Positions 9,448-21,603 of a stretch of 64,000 bases of DNA are shown in pieces. Source of the DNA: Zygnema circumcarinatum SAG 698-1b. Taxonomy: Eukaryota; Plantae; Zygnematophyceae. The position numbers and the translations under genes were made by a program. Location of the stretch: positions 2,914,001 through 2,978,000 of the forward strand of contig CM074808.1 in assembly GCA_037447605.1 (NCBI GenBank). The letters run 5' to 3'. The notes under the pieces are model-generated. The model saw nothing but the letters and a program-made list of their open reading frames with translations, was not told the origin of the DNA and made no database searches. The number at the start of each line of letters is the position of its first letter. Position 1 is the stretch's first letter.

Positions 9448-12400
9448 ATGCAGGATACGGAGGGAGGTCATGCCGATGGCGATATGGAGTATGAAGGAGA
9501 GTGCGACGTCGGTGTAACAGTAGGGACAGAGTTACATAGAGATCCTTCAAATGCTTTATATGAGGGGTTTAAGTTTGAAGATCGTAAACTTGAGAAAGGA
9601 GCACAGTCAGGCTTAGAAGGGGATTGGAAAGGCCATGATTTTATGCTGGTCGCTCGTAGCTTTCCAGTGGATAAAAATCCATCGAGCCAAGAATTCCAAA
9701 ATCCCGTCTTTGTACAGAATTTCATGCAAGATTGTTCTCCAGCGGGACGGGGAAATTTCAAAGAAGATGATGAAATGGAGCGAGTCAGTTCAAAAGCGGA
9801 TGATCACGAGAGATGCAACAACGATCAAGTTTGTAGTACAAAGGGCGGGTCCTCACTTGAAGAGCCCATTGTAGGTATTGACGATGCAGATGCTGTCAAT
9901 GCTGCAGAAGCTCTCTGTACGTTTCCAAACGCTGCACTTGATGAACTAGATGAGCTATCAACCTCTACATCTGGAAGCAAGGCGAGTCGGAGTCCGATGC
10001 CGGTTGTGAAGGAGACGTTACAAGCAAGGACACCCTTAGCGAAAGGGGTAGGCGCAATGTCAACTCCAGCAAGCAAACCACTAGCAAAGTTGCAGGTGAA
10101 GAAGAGACGCGTAACCGATGGCACAGGCACGGTGGTAGGGCGCGAATCGATTTCAGCCGCTACTAACAGACCTGGAAAACGTGGCAAGTCATGCCAATGC
10201 TGCCAGTTAACACCTGCAGATTCACTTTTGCAAGAAGATCACCAGCAGGCTTTCCACAAACCCACGGAGGGACTTGGCTCACGAACTGCAACGAAAAATG
10301 TAGACCACATGCCTGTTCCCATGCAGCAAAGTGCTGTTAGCGATTCCTCGAACCTTCTTTCGTTGGGGAAGAATATGGAGAAAGCCGAACTCAAGGCGCT
10401 CTGGCAGACCCCACAGCAAAATTCCGACCTTAAAGTCGGCTGCAATTTCTCCTCTGGGAAGACTCCTAATGCCGCCGATCAGAACCCGTCGCCGGTTCAA
10501 GCACCACCGCGAGCTGCTCCTCGGAGTCGCACAACACGGAGAGGGCCGCGGTCGAGAAGCTCACAATATAGAGGAGTTACCTTCTATCGAAGGACGGGGC
10601 GTTGGGAGTCACACATCTGGTGAGCTTAATGTTTAAGGATCTTGGAATCATTGGGTTTGGCAAGTCAATGCTGCTCCTTTTTCATTTGGTTTAGGGTTCG
10701 CCATAGTGTTAGTGTTATCTGTGCATGATGTAGTTTTTCATTTGATGAAGGTCGTTTTATATGCGATAAGATGATGCTAAAACTTTTCTATGTCCGAGTG
10801 TTCTGTCATGTGCAGGGATTCAGGAAAGCAAGTGTACCTAGGTAGGCGATCGTTTCCCATTATAAACCTCACGCTGTTTTTAAGGAAATGCTGCTTTCTC
10901 CAAAAGTAGTCGAATGTGTCATCGTTCCTATCTCCTGTGTTTGCTACAAATGGTTCAAGTCCTCTTGCCGGTCTTTCAAACCTGTGCTAGCGCCTACATT
11001 GTTAGGTTGTTACTTTTAATGTACTGGTTGGATATTTCGAATAATATTTTGTCGTATTATGTGTATCTATGGTACAGGAGGGTTTGACACTGCGGAAGCA
11101 GCAGCGAGGTGAGTCGTAGAAAGTGCTTCAGTGCGCCTTCAAGCTATTTGGAACTGGAGCTATGCATATATTTCCAGCACCTTCAGATAATAGCGAGGCA
11201 GTTAGACGCACCACTGATGCCGCTTACTTCGCTTCTAATTTCAGGGCTTACGACTGTGCGGCCATAAAGTTCCGAGGCGCTGATGCCGACATCAACTTTG
11301 AGCATATTGATTACGACGAGGACTTAAAACAGGTATCGATGCATCTCACGCCCCGCGGAAAATTGCACTTGGAAATTAGGGTTCGATGTATGTCCATGCT
11401 TCGCAGTTTGGCGGATTCTCATAGAACTGCTGAAACTCAGTGGCTTCCTCTTCCGATTCCCTAAAAACCCTCGAAACCAACTGATGAATGGATGGAAGAC
11501 TGGGCGAAGTGAAAACCCTAAAAACCCTAAAACTGAGTTGCAGGCTGACGGGCTGAGCAAGGAGGCGTTCGTGCACACTCTCCGCCGCCAAAGCAATGGC
11601 TTCTCTCGCGGAAGCTCAAAATTCCGCGGCGTGACGCTTCATAAGTGCGGCCGGTGGGAAGCAAGGATGGGCCAGTTCCTTGGAAAAAAGTGAGCACTTG
11701 CTACTTTTCTTGTTCTGGCGCTGGCTTCATTCCATCTTGAAAGTCTTGAAAGTTTTTTCGCCGGTCTTTCAATGTTACTCGCGAGCAAAATCTTTTGACT
11801 GACTGATTGGAAGTTGCTGCTTCCATGCATGAGCAGATACATCTACCTTGGTCTTTTCGACAATGAAGAAGAAGCGGCGAGGTGATAAGCCTCTTCTCAC
11901 AGTGGCAATAGGATAAACTGATTACCATATGATTCATCAGTGTTCAGTTCATTGTAACTAGGAGTGCAGAATAAATACCTCTTTTAAACTGGGTTTGTTC
12001 TTACTAATGTGCATGCGAGCTGCGGTTCTGCAGAGCTTATGACCGAGCAGCTGTACGCTACAGCGGGAAGGAGGCAGTCACTAACTTCAACCCTATGCTG
12101 TACCAGTCCGAGTTGGAGCAGCACATGCAAGAGAAGGCGATGCGAACGCGTATGTTTGACTTCACCATATTCTTTCTATCAGTTTTTAGTTTGTTGCTCC
12201 CGACGAATTTGAGGTAATCATTTGATGAAAATGCTGAACTTTGTTGTAACGTGGTTTGCTTTTTCGTGCACGATTGCAGCGGCTGGAAATTCGCATGCAA
12301 ATATGAATCGAATGCAGCAGTTTCTCCAGACTCCTGACTCCCACAATCTCAAGGTTTGCCAATCTCTATCGTCCCCTCCCTCCCCCCCCCCTCTCTCTCT

Positions 12401-13917
12401 CTCTTTTCCTCTCTCTCTCTCTCACTCTCTCTCCCTCTCGCTCTCTCTCCTCACCCCTTAAAACAGACCATCTCCATTGTCTCAAACTGGCCATACATGC
12501 AAACTCTCAGCACCCATCTTTGCAAGATATAAACCATCCCAGTTCGTATGCGGTGCTTTCCCAGGCTTATGCGGAACCGAGGCCAACCGAGCAGCACCCT
12601 TCCAGGCAGTGCTTGGCCCTTCACCGCCAGCGGGCGGGCCCGGGGGGAGGGCCCTGCCCCTGCGCGGGAGGGCCCCTCCCTCCCGCCAGACCGCTCCTGC
12701 GCGCTCTCACTCCTCCTTGCGAGAAGAAGGGAGCGGACCTCGTCCCGTCAAAGAGCGGCGACGAGTCGTCCTGCAAAGGCAAGAGCGAGTCAGAGGATGG
12801 GGAGGATCTGGGCCTGAGGTTGGGCATTGGAGGCTCATTGGGAAGCTTTACTGCAAAGGAAAAGGGGGAGAAGGAGTCTTGTTGCAAGGAGGGAAGTCTG
12901 CACGAGGAGCCGAGCATGACGAAACTTTCTCTGAGTCTTGCGCTCCCGCCTTCAGCGAGCAGCCAATGCACAGTTTCGAGTCAGGTGCGAACCATGATGC
13001 AGATAAAAAGGTTACAGACTGTGACCATGATAAAGGGACCTCCTGCTGGATCCTGCACAAAATATTTACCTTGTATTGGCAGTCGCATCTGACATGCAGA
13101 GTTGTCTCTAAATATTTGAATCTGCAAAGCTGTTTCATTGAATGGGCGATTCCGAAGATGTGTATGTGAAATCTGAATTTGTTAACGCAATTTTGGAAGA
13201 AGCTAACAGACTACGGCTGCCATGGGCTTGCAGGCTCAACCCACGCAGTTCCAGTCCGGGTCCCGCCATCAGCTGAAGGCGCAAACGAACCAGCCCTTCC
13301 AGAGGCAGCTTCAGGCCCACACAGGAGCAGCCTGGGGTTCAAATCCCCCCATCCTTCCCTCTGCAGCACATGGCTATGATGCCAACTGGATGGCCTCCGC
13401 GCCTGCACGGACAGCAGCGTCGACTCAAGCAGCAGGTAGCCATCTCATGCTGCCTCCACATGGCCATGCTGACAGCTCAATCCCATGCATCCCCAAAGCT
13501 CCAGGATTCAGCAAAGAGCTCCTTCAGCATATAGGCATGCAGCTTTTGGCCCAACACTTGGGCCAGCAGTACCTTAATCAGGTCCTTGCAGCCCAGCACT
13601 TGGGCATGGCGGCGGCTGCCAGCGATCCCGCCCAAGTCCTGAGCCCGCTCGGAAGCGCTGTCAGCTTCCCCCTTGTGCCGAGCGGGGCCCGGGCGTCGCC
13701 TCCCTCCGGGAAGCTGCCCCGTACGGCCGCGGCGCCGTACATTCCGAGCCACAGAGTGGCGCAGGCCTCGCCCCACGCGGGGCCGGGGCCGGGGCAGATC
13801 CTGCCGTCCGTTGTGGTGGAATCGACGGTGGCAGGCGCTGCAGTGCGCAGCATGGGGATGGCGAGTGCGGCCATGCAGCCGGCGGTGGACGTGGCGGCCA
13901 TGCGCCATGGCGGGTGA
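9448..13917 (+). CDS. AP2: Double-AP2-domain transcription factor, euAP2 lineage (~951 aa, 10 exons)
   Basis: Exons 9448-10619, 10816-10841, 11078-11108, 11245-11332, 11544-11689, 11837-11881, 12034-12149, 12280-12353, 12511-12984 and 13234-13917 join in frame. Contains [50 protein letters not shown], a second repeat [34 protein letters not shown], the conserved 26/31/88/146/45-nt exon sizes and an EAR-like DLGLRLG. Confidence 0.93.
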
Positions 13918-13990
13918 GGGGAGGAGAGAGGAGAGAGAAGAGAGGGGAGAGGAGAGAGGAGAGAGGAGAGGAGAGGAGAGGAGGAGAGGC
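13918..13990. repeat. GA-rich (GAGAG/GAGGA) microsatellite immediately after the AP2 stop codon
   Basis: Directly visible purine tract. Confidence 0.9.
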
Positions 13991-14706
13991 GGAGTTTGTA
14001 AGGCGGCTCAAAGAGAGAAGATGATTTGTGAGATGGTAGCGAGGGGGAGCAATTCGCTGCGTAGCTTTTGAAAGAAGTGAAATTCATTCGTTTTTAGAAG
14101 GCGGGTATGGATAGAAGAATAAGGGAGGCGGCTTTTTTTTTTTGACAATAGAGGGGTTGCGGGGTAATGCAGTCAACTTAGCATGAACGAAGTTGTAAAT
14201 TCTCATTCGCCTCCGCTTTAGTTCAGCCATATCTTAGCACAGACCGACAGTGCGGTGGTAGTACTGTAGAGGGATTTTAGCCGCATTGGGGCATTCAGGC
14301 GAATGTTGCTTTCCTTTTATGCAAAACAAATCCTTTGATTTCCGATATGTTGGTTTTTAGGGTTCCCATGTCAATATATGTACGGAATGTGCTGCGGAGG
14401 GGCATGGCCTCCTCCTCAAGCTGACTCGCTGGACCCCGCGCCTTTGAGTCAGCCATGGCCGCATCACAGTGTCTGACTGAAAGGATTCATCTTTCCAACC
14501 ACTAACACCCCACACCTTTCTTTTCACTGAAAATAAAAAACAGTCGTACAAAGCATAGCGAAGCGATTCAAACGTAATATTAAATTTATTTATTTCTGTG
14601 AAGGGCTTCCTTTCAACGCAAGAAACTCGCACCCTCTTTTCCATTATCTTTTGCTGGTAAATAAGGATTGCTATCTGCGTCCTTAAAAAATATGTGTATT
14701 GGGCCA

Positions 14707-14744
14707 ATACAATATTGAGCCAATATTGAGCCAATATTGAGCCA
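14707..14744. repeat. Tandem 11-mer (GAGCCAATATT) x~3
   Basis: aatattgagccaatattgagccaatattgagcca. Confidence 0.85.
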
Positions 14745-15483
14745 TCCCCAACTTCGTGCGCACTCATGACTATTGTACCATCCATTATCATCGAACAACA
14801 TGACCGGTGACGTCACGCGCCTTGCAAGCCACCCGTACGGCACCCCAACCGTCACCTTCAATACGGTCCGTACAATCCGTAGTTGCCATACCGTACGGCA
14901 CGCGCCACTTGCTTTGATGACTTTGTCGAATAGTGCGACCCGGACCCTCGGTAAAGTCACACCCCCCTCGCCCTCGCATGGCAAAATTAGGGTTCCGGCA
15001 GCAACGTTGGCTCTGGCTGTGGGTGTGGCTGTGGCTGTAGAGGAGCTGGCCATCGCCTGCCTGCTTGCTTGCGGCAGAATCTTCCCTCGCCATCGCTCGC
15101 ATTCCTCATTCTATTTCTCATTTCTCATCCCTGCATTAGCTTTGTGCTCTCTTCCCATATCGACGGCGGGCGGTGCGCTGCTCGCTCCGTCGCAGCACTT
15201 GAGCGGGGCCTTGCAGTAGCAGAGAGTTTGGAATCGAGAATTGGCGCCACTGAGGAAGGGACTGGAGGGGGAGAAAGGCGCGGCCGCTTCCCACACAGTC
15301 TGTGCATGTGTGCCAACTGTCGGCTTTTTTTTATGATTTAGTTTTGGAGGCATGTCGCAAATAAGTTCGAACCGCGGTTTATGTAGTGTAAACTCGTTCC
15401 CCTGATTGAAATTTTGGATTGAGCTCGTTTTCATTTTTGCCATCGAGTGGATTCATCTTCCTGGAACGAAGAGAAGCAAGAAG

Positions 15484-18181
15484 ATGGATGTGCAGAGTGT
15501 GTCGGAGCTTCAAGAGAATCTCACAAACTACAAGGAGCAACTCGAGCAGGTTCATGCCTCCACTCTACATTTCAGTTTTTTAGAAGCCGTAGGCATTTGT
15601 ATTTAGTATCGTTTGTTTTCTCAATTTCGAAACTCACTTCAATAAATTTCTTTGCAGGTTAATGAATTGTTATCCGCAGACCCCGAAAATGAGGAGTATA
15701 AAGAGATGGCTAGCGGCTTGAAGGAGGTGAGCCCTGCAGTACCGGCTGAACTCGGACGCTACGGCATGCCTTCTTGCTACTATGCGAGTGGTTAACGCCG
15801 TAGCTTCATATTTTGTTGACATACCTATAAGGTTAGTAAAGTCTCTTGAGTCAAACTCTTAGGTCACATGTGCATGGTAGGTATCGTCTTATCCAGATAC
15901 CGCATGCATATGAATGTGAGGAGAAGACGTTGGTCTCTGCCTAAAGGAACACCATGTGATCCAAACAGGGCAGCAGGCTTGAGCTGTTTGCGACACGGGC
16001 TGCTGTGATCTTATGTGCCAGAGGTGAGGACCCTTTTCGGTACCTCTGCGCCCGTCTGGGTCTCACTCTAGAGAAAGGAACAATGAAGAGGAGGAAATAG
16101 GTACTCTTCCGGTTTAAGGGCGCACTTTGGTGAACTTTGGTGACACCTTATTGTCATTTGGGGGTCACGTCGCAGGTCATTGAATTGACTGAGGATCTCC
16201 TGAACACTGCAAGGCAAAATGAAAATCCCTCTGCACCATCTTCTACTTCGTCTTTGCAACAAACATCAGAAGGTCAGCAGGTTTCGTCATTTGGGTTACC
16301 TCCAGTTAACTTCGTGGCCTCACAGTCAAATTCTGCTACAGCGGCAAATACCGAGGTAAGTATTCACTGATCATTTACCTCTCTTTGGGTTTGATTAAAG
16401 TTAGTCAGGACTTTACTGCATTCTTCTACAGTATAATTGTTCCTCGTTTCCTTGTAGTTGCGAAATTCCCTGGATTACCACCATCGTACTACCTAGTTAG
16501 GCAGGAGAAATCATGCACAGGCCGTTCAGTTGATGAGTGTCACATAGCAATTTGCAGTCTGGTATTTGATGCAGAGGAGAAAGCTCATAGTTTGAACTGA
16601 CTTTCTGTCGTGTCATACGTGCAGGGCGTAAGTGGCGGAGGGAAATTGGCGGATAGGCTGCCAGTCGGAACTAGGGTGCGAGCAATTTGGAGTGAAGATG
16701 GAGAATGGTAAACGGACTGCCCAATTCAGTTATTTGTTTTTGTAGTTGTTTTCATGGTTTAGGGAATGGAACTGCCCATCAACATTGAACAATTGCATTA
16801 TCATCCGCACTGTGTTTGTGAATGCAGGCAGTTCTCTCTGGCTTTCTTTTACTGAGATCTTTTACAGATTAAGCAGTGCGATTCCTCATCTCGATTTGGC
16901 ATCTTTGCCGTCATCGATTGCGATTTTTTTCTCTAATTGAGAGCCTGTTTCCTCTGTTAAACGTGATGTCAGGTATGACGGTGTTATAGATGCTATTACT
17001 CCTGGTGGGTATCAGGTCACATATGTTGGATGGGGCAACGCAGAGGAGGTATGTCTCTGATGAATGCTTGAAGTGGAATTCAACTGAAATCCGAGCTAGT
17101 TATGAGGTTCCTAGTTTGCTCATGATTTTTTTTGTTCGTAAGTGCTGTGTTCTGGTTGAAGCTAGAATTTTCTGATTGCTATGAGAGGGTTCAACTTGTA
17201 ACTCGACATTGGTTGTTCACGTCAAATTCTCGATTGCAGGTTGAACCAGCTAATATTCGACCAGTTGTTGAGGAACACGAAGAGGAACAGGAACAGGTAG
17301 AGATAGAAGAGGAGGGAGAAAAGGATCATGATGCTCTAGCTGCTGCTGAACTGGAAGCTGAAGCTGCACGACAAGCAATCAAGCGTAAGCTTGTCGAAGC
17401 TGCACACCTTGAATTGATACCTCGGGATCTGCCCGCAAAATTACGGATAAACCCGGACGATTCTGAGGATGTGGTGAGTGATCATATTATCAGAAAAATC
17501 CTTCAGTTGCTTGTTTTGCTTAGTCCTTTTCTTCTGCTGCACAGCAATGATAAGTTATCAGTTTGCTGTCCGTTGCTGAGTATCTGCAACTTGATCACTC
17601 TCGTGAAACTGATCACTCTCGTGTGCCCACAGTTGCGAATGTTTTTTTTTCTTGTCTCTCCCGATACAGCTAGCTATGCTGAGGTTTCCTCAACTGCTGA
17701 CTGGTTGTCATAATGCTATGCTTTATGTGCGTAGAAAAGTGCAAAGCGGAAGAAAATACACTCATTCAAGTCCAAACAAAGGCTTGAGGTGATGGAGGTT
17801 GCCCAGAACCAGAAGCAGCATGCATGGCAGCAGTTCCAGACCAAAGGGAAGCAGAAGAAGGTGAGAAAGTGTTAGTGACTCCTTGGGCTGCCACGAAGTT
17901 TGAGATTGGTCCAAGTAGGTGGACAGAAGGTGGCCTTCCTCTTCCTCTATAAAATTATAGCAAGCCGCTCTCTCTCAGGCCTGGCCTGTCACACTAATTC
18001 TTTTTTTGGTTTTTGGCAGGTCGGTTTCTTCACGGGGAGAAAGAAAGAAAGCATTTTCAAGTCGCCGGAGGACATTAAGGGGAAAGTGGGGGTCACGGGC
18101 AGCGGCCACGGGATGACAGAATTCCAAAGACGAGAGAAATATGTCCCTGCGAAAGGCTCGGGTGAAGAGGGAGACGAGTAA
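15484..18181 (+). CDS. SPF30: SPF30/SMNDC1 Tudor-domain splicing factor (8 exons)
   Basis: Exons 15484-15549, 15658-15726, 16176-16355, 16625-16707, 16973-17048, 17240-17473, 17735-17860 and 18020-18181. Tudor motif LPVGTRVRAIWSEDGEWYDGVIDAITPGGYQVTYVGWGNAEEV; C-terminus GFFTGRKKESIFKSPEDIKGKVGVTGSGHGMTEF. Confidence 0.93.
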
Positions 18182-18978
18182 AAAATTGCTTGTTCATGTA
18201 AAGTCACAGGCGGGTCCAAGAACACAAATAATGTGGATGAGTGATTCCTTGTAGTACCCCTCTTGATTCAGTCCTTAGAACATGCGCTGAGGTCAAAAGT
18301 CATCAGTTCTTGGCGTTTTTTGGCAGAAGGTTATCTCCGTGAACATGTTGGAGGCAGTTCTTGGAGGCTGTAGCCCCTCCTGCTCACTTTTGACCGAAAG
18401 TAACATCGGCAGTCAAGCTCTGCCTATCTCCAGTACGTGGTTCGTGCTCCATTTTCTTTTTTTGTCCGCCATGGATTGGTCAGTAGCGAACCTCGGAAGG
18501 CGCTTGTCCTTGGATCTGTCGTCACGCACGTGATGAGCAAGTTCTAAATGTGTGTGCGGCTTGTGAAGCCAAAGGGCCGCCTTGTGACACTGCTTTTTCA
18601 TGCTTCCTCTTCCTTTCTTCTTTTTCATGGCGTACACACGTCAATGTTGCTTTTGTGTTCAAACGGTCGTACCAATACAGTGAAGGCGCGGAAGGGTCAG
18701 CTAAGACATTCTGAATGAAAGAAGACCAAACAATCCTCTTTCCATGGCAGCTTCTCCATATCACATCGTTCACATGAAGAAAGCATGCACATCTCACACA
18801 AGACAGACTGGAGACTACAAAAGCGAATGGGTCTTGAATGTAAAGAGGCGAATGCACTGAATGCAAGTGAGGAAACGGATCGGTCAACAAGCTGCACCAA
18901 ACTTAGTTGCAGCATGAATCCCAATACCTTCTAGCATCCAGCATCATCCGCATTTCCTAGAGTTTGAGTGACTTAAGG

Positions 18979-19314
18979 TTAGGATGGCCTTCCGACAAAC
19001 AGGCGCAATCTCTCCTTCGCGTCTTCCAAGACCTCACGAACGAAGTCGGCATCGGCAACTGGCCTCGTTTTCCCGCCCCTGTGAGACCTATTTCTCTGTA
19101 CGTTTCGATCGAGCACAGGCCGCCTTGCAGCCCCGCCATCCATTCTCTGGCGCTTCGTCAGACGGTTTCTGCCGCCGCCCTCCAAGCCTTCCACGCTAGG
19201 CGCAGGGAGCGGCGTGAAGGCCTGCTCGCCTGCTGCGGCTGCTCTCGCATTCATGACTCCTCCGTTGGCCTGCACCCATTGGCGGGAATCAGGAGAAGCT
19301 CTACAATTCTGCAT
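18979..19314 (-). CDS. Possible small basic protein or terminal exon of an unresolved gene
   Basis: 111-aa ORF with KRQR and a C-terminal amphipathic helix (DFVREVLEDAKERLRLF). No recognised family; upstream exons were not resolved. Confidence 0.3.
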   Translation of the reverse strand: MQNCRASPDSRQWVQANGGVMNARAAAAGEQAFTPLPAPSVEGLEGGGRNRLTKRQRMDGGAARRPVLDRNVQRNRSHRGGKTRPVADADFVREVLEDAKERLRLFVGRPS

Positions 19315-21603
19315 AGCTGAATTGATTGGGACCCGTCAGAACAATCCTGCACACTTGCATGAATAAAGATATGAAGGGGATGACACAAGTCTGCCTATTG
19401 CAAAGAAAGTAGGAACGAATGTTTACAGATACATCACGGCACACCGCCTCGTAATGTTTCTCGTACAATGATTGATTAGGGACGAGGAAAAAAATTGGGA
19501 AGGGGAGGAATAAGAGAAAAAAGAGCCAAAAAAGTACACGTGCTTTGACATGCAAATAAAAGAGACGCCAATAGCTGTAAAATCACCGCGCCCTCCTCGA
19601 CAGTCAAACACTGCGCATGGACGTCAACGCCATTGCGCACACGCTCAATTCAAGTTCCTTCGGACTCTACCGAGAGCTGGTGGCGCCCTCCGGAGCTATA
19701 GCTTTGCTGTTGGAAAAGCTTCATAACGACAGAATTAGGAAAATTCAAAGAAATTGCATTCATCCTCCCCGCTTCAGATTATGGCCATCACATCACTCGT
19801 ATACTCTTTATAAGATAAAAGCTAACCACCATCGCTGGCTGTTCCGCCATTTAGGAGGTGCAGACGCAATTACATTGAACATATTAAGTAAATGGACTTC
19901 CCTTTTAAAGAAACAATCCGAATTCATTCTCCCGAGCAGCAGGGAGGGCATCGAAAAGAAAAAGTCTCGATGAGAGTTACGACCTGAGAGATGACCTCCT
20001 CGCTGTCACTCATTGGAAAATCCCTGTCCGCTTTGCTCCCTATACAGTGCGAAGCACCGGCATCCTGCGCCCTGCAAGAACATGGGAACCGCGAAGAATT
20101 GAAATATTACACATCTTGACATAACAGAGAGATGCAATGCAAAAGAACTTCATATGGCTGAACATAATAAAAAAAAAAGAATGTACCATTCTTGTGCAAC
20201 CATCTGTAAGAACAGGTCCGAGTCCGTCGAAACGTCGGTATTTCCTTGCTCCAGACCTGGTTTTTTCTCACTGGAATTAGATAAAACAGACTCAGAAACG
20301 CCGACGACTTCTGGAACCAAGCACTGCAGGCTGCTGCGCCTTCACATTTCCCTTCGCCTTTCCCTTTCCCTAAATACGTTCTCTGTTTATCCCAGTAATC
20401 CGAACCAGAGATATCATGACAGTTTGCTCGTTTGCATGCGCTCTGTTTCTATGAATGGCTCAATGCAGAACACGAACAATCTCTCCTCCGGTCAGGCTCT
20501 TAGAAAATGTCTTAATGTCCCCTGCGACGCAGTTCCCATATTGCGACAGAATGCGAAAGGGTGCGACTTCAAAATCCCCATAGTGCGACTCTCGTGCGAC
20601 AAACCGCTAAATTTGAGTACGGGCGCCGTACTTTGTTATTTGAAAATTCCAAGCGGCAAACCGGGTTTGCCGCGACGAACCGTGACGCATGATGCCGTCA
20701 CGCGGAGGGCCACCCTCCAGGCAGCATCAGCAGCCCATGCGCTGGCTTTCAGAAATTATCAAAAAAATAAAAGAAACCTCTTGCAGTCGCCACATGTCTG
20801 CATGCGCAGCCATGGCCGGCGGTCTGTGGTCTGCATATCTCGGCAAAAGCGTGCAGCGCCTGCTCATGGATTAATCGACCGCCTGGCGGCTGACACGTTC
20901 CAGCGAGGGCCGCCATCACATCATATCTAATCACATCACATCAGTTTGCGATTTTCGATGAGAGAAAAAGTCGAGTTGGCAACAGTCGATGCTGCTAAAG
21001 TGGAAATCCATGGTGGATTGCGAGCATGCGCTCTGCCGGGCAGCTTCCTCTCTCTGCCTCTTCCGTGCAGATATGCCAAGTGGCAGGCCATGCCGCGTTT
21101 GCTTTTCGGGAACATAGAGGAAGAAAGCGTGGCAAGCATGGCTGGCTTCGCTTCGGGAATCCATGTCGGAAGATCAAGCAGCAAGGGACACCTGGCATGT
21201 GGAAGCAGATTGACCGCAGCCATGACAGAAGATCAAAGGGAGAAGGCTGAGCCCTTCTTTGAAGGCTCAAGCTGGTCAATGCGAGAGCGGCGGGGTTGGA
21301 AGCGAGAGATCGTGCTGCTTGTGTTCCTTGCAGAGTTTGGAAGATTGGCGGCAGAAAGCTTGTCACAAGGGTCATTTGAGCTTCTGTGATCAGTGTTTTT
21401 AAGGCTCTGCATTTACGGGCCGTACAAGGTAACTGCCAAGGAATTTCTCATTGTCGCAGGAGAGTTAGGCCAAAAATCTCTGTAGCAGTTGTTTTTTTGT
21501 CTGCGTCTTGGCTCCTTTGAGACTTATGAAAGCGCGAAAGGTCTATCAGGCAAAAAAAGTACAGCCAGTTTCCAGGAATACGCCGCACTTGGGCGAGGTG
21601 TAG

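Noticed and set aside
10945-10965. GGTTCAAGTCC tRNA B-box-like motif
   Set aside because: No A box or cloverleaf; it lies in an AP2 intron.
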